NCBI RefSeq assembly: GCF_009914755.1 | Contig: NC_060942.1 | Length of the DNA: 64,000 nucleotides | Strand: one strand, 5' to 3' | Source: the human T2T-CHM13v2.0 reference genome, Homo sapiens | In this document: positions 63,619 through 64,000 of the stretch, piece by piece | Position numbering within the stretch: position 1 is the stretch's first letter | Layout of the letters: every line of letters begins with the position of its first letter | The notes under the pieces: generated by a model | The model's input: the letters and a program-made list of their open reading frames with translations, nothing else | Told to the model about the DNA's origin: nothing | Databases searched by the model: none | Translations under genes and position numbers: made by a program

Positions 63619-64000
63619 CTGCTTAATAAGTATTCTGATTGAATAAATGAACGAACTTCCAGGTGATGCTTAAGATCATTTCTGTTGGGAAGTGAGTTAT
63701 TAAGTCATGAATCAGAAGAGACTTAATCTTTTTAAAAGAGATTTTATGAAATTGGAAAATAAGTTGAATTGTTTTAATACGTGTTTTCTCTAAATCCTAG
63801 CACTAAGGGTAAATCTCCTTCACAAACCAGTAATCTTGGAAGTTCTGAAATTCTCAAGCCGGGGCCCATGCTATTTGCTCTCACTCCCTAATCTCATTCA
63901 CATTTTTTGTTTCAGTTAAAAACAAACACAAGCAACTTACACATTTATTTATATCTCCATTTCTTTCTTTTGAGATCCAGACCAGGGTACTCAACTGCCT

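Overview
Human intron-rich genomic DNA; a young AluYa5 points to human rather than another primate. The window holds the 5' part of RTTN (rotatin, a centriole/basal-body protein and microcephaly gene) on the minus strand. A CpG-island promoter lies at about 52.3-53.2 kb. Coding exons 1-14 run from ATG 52714 down to 13103; all splice sites are GT-AG with consistent phases, giving 1932 nt or 644 codons. Intron 14 continues off the left edge. About 11 kb of repeat-rich upstream DNA has no recognisable gene. The rest is mostly transposon debris: a near-full-length old L1PA with a nested MER11 solo LTR and THE1 LTR, about 20 Alus, L1M, L2 and MIR fragments, and DNA transposons. Repeat subfamily calls and comparisons with reference RTTN are from memory, not from searches. 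I see no wholly new biological system. The best leads are splicing-level: a candidate poison exon in intron 9, a stop-free in-frame intron 1, and inverted Alus (one a human-specific AluYa5 with a new acceptor) around a frame-symmetric exon 4. There are also two coding alleles that differ from the reference protein as I recall it, and several odd transposon junctions.
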